In this document: in pieces, positions 45,201 to 48,200 of the stretch
Layout: every line of letters starts with the position of its first letter
Position numbering within the stretch: the first letter of the stretch is position 1
Assembly: GCA_041650915.1 (NCBI GenBank)
Contig: JBAZKE010000001.1
Span: forward strand, 43,694 to 107,693
Source of the DNA: Patescibacteria group bacterium
Lineage (GTDB): Bacteria; Patescibacteriota; Patescibacteriia; UBA10025; JAHIVO01
Direction: 5' to 3'
DNA: 64,000 bases
Translations under genes and position numbers: made by a program
The notes under the pieces: generated by a model
The model's input: only the letters and a program-made list of their open reading frames with translations
Databases searched by the model: none
What the model was told of the DNA's origin: nothing

Positions 45201-48200
45201 ATTCAACGAGCAGCGGCACGATCCGGTTCAACGGCACCGGCACCGGTGAAACTAACGTGCTCAATAATCTGAGCGTTACCGGCACGGGATTTGATACCAC
45301 GGTCGATGTCAATACAAACGACCGCATCATTGACGCGAATAATGTTTCTCTCAGCGCGGACGCTGTATTTCAGGCATCAAACTCGGCGGCATTTACCGTG
45401 AGCGGCAACTGGTCCAATAGCGGCACATTTACCTCAAATTCAGGCACGGTTACGTTTGACGGCGCGGATTCGTCGACGCAGGCATTTACCGGCGATACGA
45501 CGTTCGGCAGCTTTACGGCAACGACCGCCGATAATTCTGCGGGCCGTACGCTGCAGTTTGCCGGGAGTTCCACAACTGCCGTGTCCGGAACCTGGACGGT
45601 CACCGGCGCATCCGGCAAGGTGCTTACTCTGCAGTCATCCGATACGAACAACTGGACGATTAATCCCACTGCGGCGTCCGTGACGTACGTCAGCGTTTCC
45701 CGGTCTACTAATGCCGGTGCGTCTTTCTGCGCCACGTATTCAAATGACGGCGGGAACAACGTAAATTGGGCTATTTCCACGGGTGCGCAGTGCCAGGTCA
45801 TTAGCGGTACGATTTATAGTGATATCAGTTCTGCTGAGTATGACTGTACCACTCCGTATACCGTTAAATTACGCGTGAATGGTTCTGGTACGTATTCCAC
45901 GGAATGTACCAATACGCCAACCATGGGATATTTCGAGTTTAATAATGTAGCCTCGACTAGCGGCGACGTTATTACGTTATATTTAGACAATGAAGAATAT
46001 GAGGGTACGACCGTCATGGTTACGGACGGGACCATACAGACCGACGTTGATATCTATTGGGATAATACGATCGTGAGGGCGGATACTGGTTCGATTACCA
46101 ATGCGAATCTGGCAACGGGTGATGACGGGGATGATGATGTCAAGTACAATGTGGCAACGAATAACGTGACGTACGATTCTAGTTTCGGTTTGTACGTGTG
46201 GGATGGGGATACATACGATCCGGGCGGTACGATTGCACTGTCAAACGCTGATGTATGGGTTGGGCCCAGCGCAACACTATACTTTGATACCGCCACCAAT
46301 ACGCCCGGCAATAATATGAGCGTTATGACTGGCGCAACTGTGCATGTCGATGCCGCTACCACGTTTGCGAACGGCATTGATGTGATGGGGAGCGTGATCG
46401 GAACCGGAGATCTTACGCTTACCATCGGTTCTATGGTTTCAAGCAACGGGATCGGAACCGTTACTATGACGGGTGGAACTGTAACGCTCGGTGGTGGCGG
46501 CACATTTCAGTCAAGCAGTGCCGATTGGACGTTCCATGATTTGTATTTAGCGCAACCGCCGGCTTGTAGCGTACCGGCAACGTGCACCGAGATCACCTGT
46601 GCAAAAGTTACCAATGCTTCAGGTACTGGCGGCGTGACGATCAGCGGCACCGTTACAAGCGATATATGCTCACCTCCGATGCCGTCAGAAAATACCTATG
46701 CGCATCAGCTTGATGCTGCTGTGGGTAATCCAAAAGTATGGACTTTTAACGGAGATTCCGGAGACGCGAGTCCCTATGTTCCGATTACGAGTGTATATAT
46801 GGAAAATGTCGAGACGCATGAATCAACCTTTGCGTTTACCAGTATTGATTCCAACGGAGTCAGCATGCCGTTAAACTCGATGGATTTTTATAATCTTTCA
46901 ATCAATCCTGCGTCTGCGACTGACTACAATTTCGAAGCGCCTGCCTATCGGCTCTGGAATGACTTATTTATTCACCCGAATGCAAATGTGATTTCGGGTT
47001 CAACAGTAATGGCATTTGCTTGCGATGATTGCGAGATCAATGCGGGCGGTACCACATTTGGTGATGTGGAAGTTTATTATTCTGATAAAAACGTTTCGGT
47101 CACTACAACGGGCACTGATTTCAGTATTGCTGGCCGGCTTTGGATGGCAACAGGGATAAGCTATACGACGGATTTGGTTATAGGTGAAGGCCGCACCGTA
47201 ACTATGGAAAACGGCAGTACCGTAAACCTTGGCACTACGTCTACGGTTGGAGGAGCGGGCACCTGGGAGTTTTTGCCGGGCTCATCCGGTCCGGATGACG
47301 TGGGGACGGTTAATTCGGTTGTTCGGTACAATGCTTCATCGGATAATATAGCGAATACGACGTTTGATCCGCGCACATACGGTAATAACGTTGAGATATA
47401 TTCCGAGAGCAGCGCAGGTGACCGCTCGGTTGCGTTCGCGGCAGGTACGTACACGCTGTCCGGCGCAAATGCTGATTTTACTATCGAATCAGCAGGCACG
47501 AGCAACTTGAGCCTCGCTAATTCCGCAGGTACGGTGAATATGGCTATCGGCGGCGATCTGGGATTTACCAAAGGAAGCACGGGCACGCCGTCGGTTACGA
47601 CCGGTGCCGGCACCTGGGCCGTAAGCGGGGACGTTGATTTGAGTAACGGCACGTTTACGGCATCTTCGGGCCATACGCTTGAGCTGGATGCGGCAGCGGA
47701 CGGCACGGGGCTCATCACATCGGCAGGGAATACCCTCATGAACTTCCTCGCGTCCGGGAGCGACTTGGTTGGGAGCACGGACGCGCTCGATGCAGACGGC
47801 ACGTTTGGGGTAAGTGAAACAGCTGATTTTGCCCAAGCTGCTGATAATAATCTGAACGTTGCCGGAAATTTCACGATCGCTTCCGGCGCTACCTTTAATA
47901 AAGCTTCTGGCAGCGGCACGCTCATCTTTGACAGTAATACCGACTTTACGGACAGCAGCTCGCCGCTGCAAGACCTTGGCAGCGTGACAATATCCGGGCT
48001 GGTTGACCTGCTTTCAAATATGAAGGAAGAGTCCCTTGCTATCAGCGGTACGCTCCGCCAGGACGGGTATGACCTTGATGTGGGCGGGGGTATCACGGTG
48101 CAGAGCGGCGCAAATTTATGGCCGGTGGCTGGTGCAGGCGGCGATCCGGCGATTAATCTCGAGGGAAGCCTGACTATTGAGGATGCTGCGGTATTCAATT

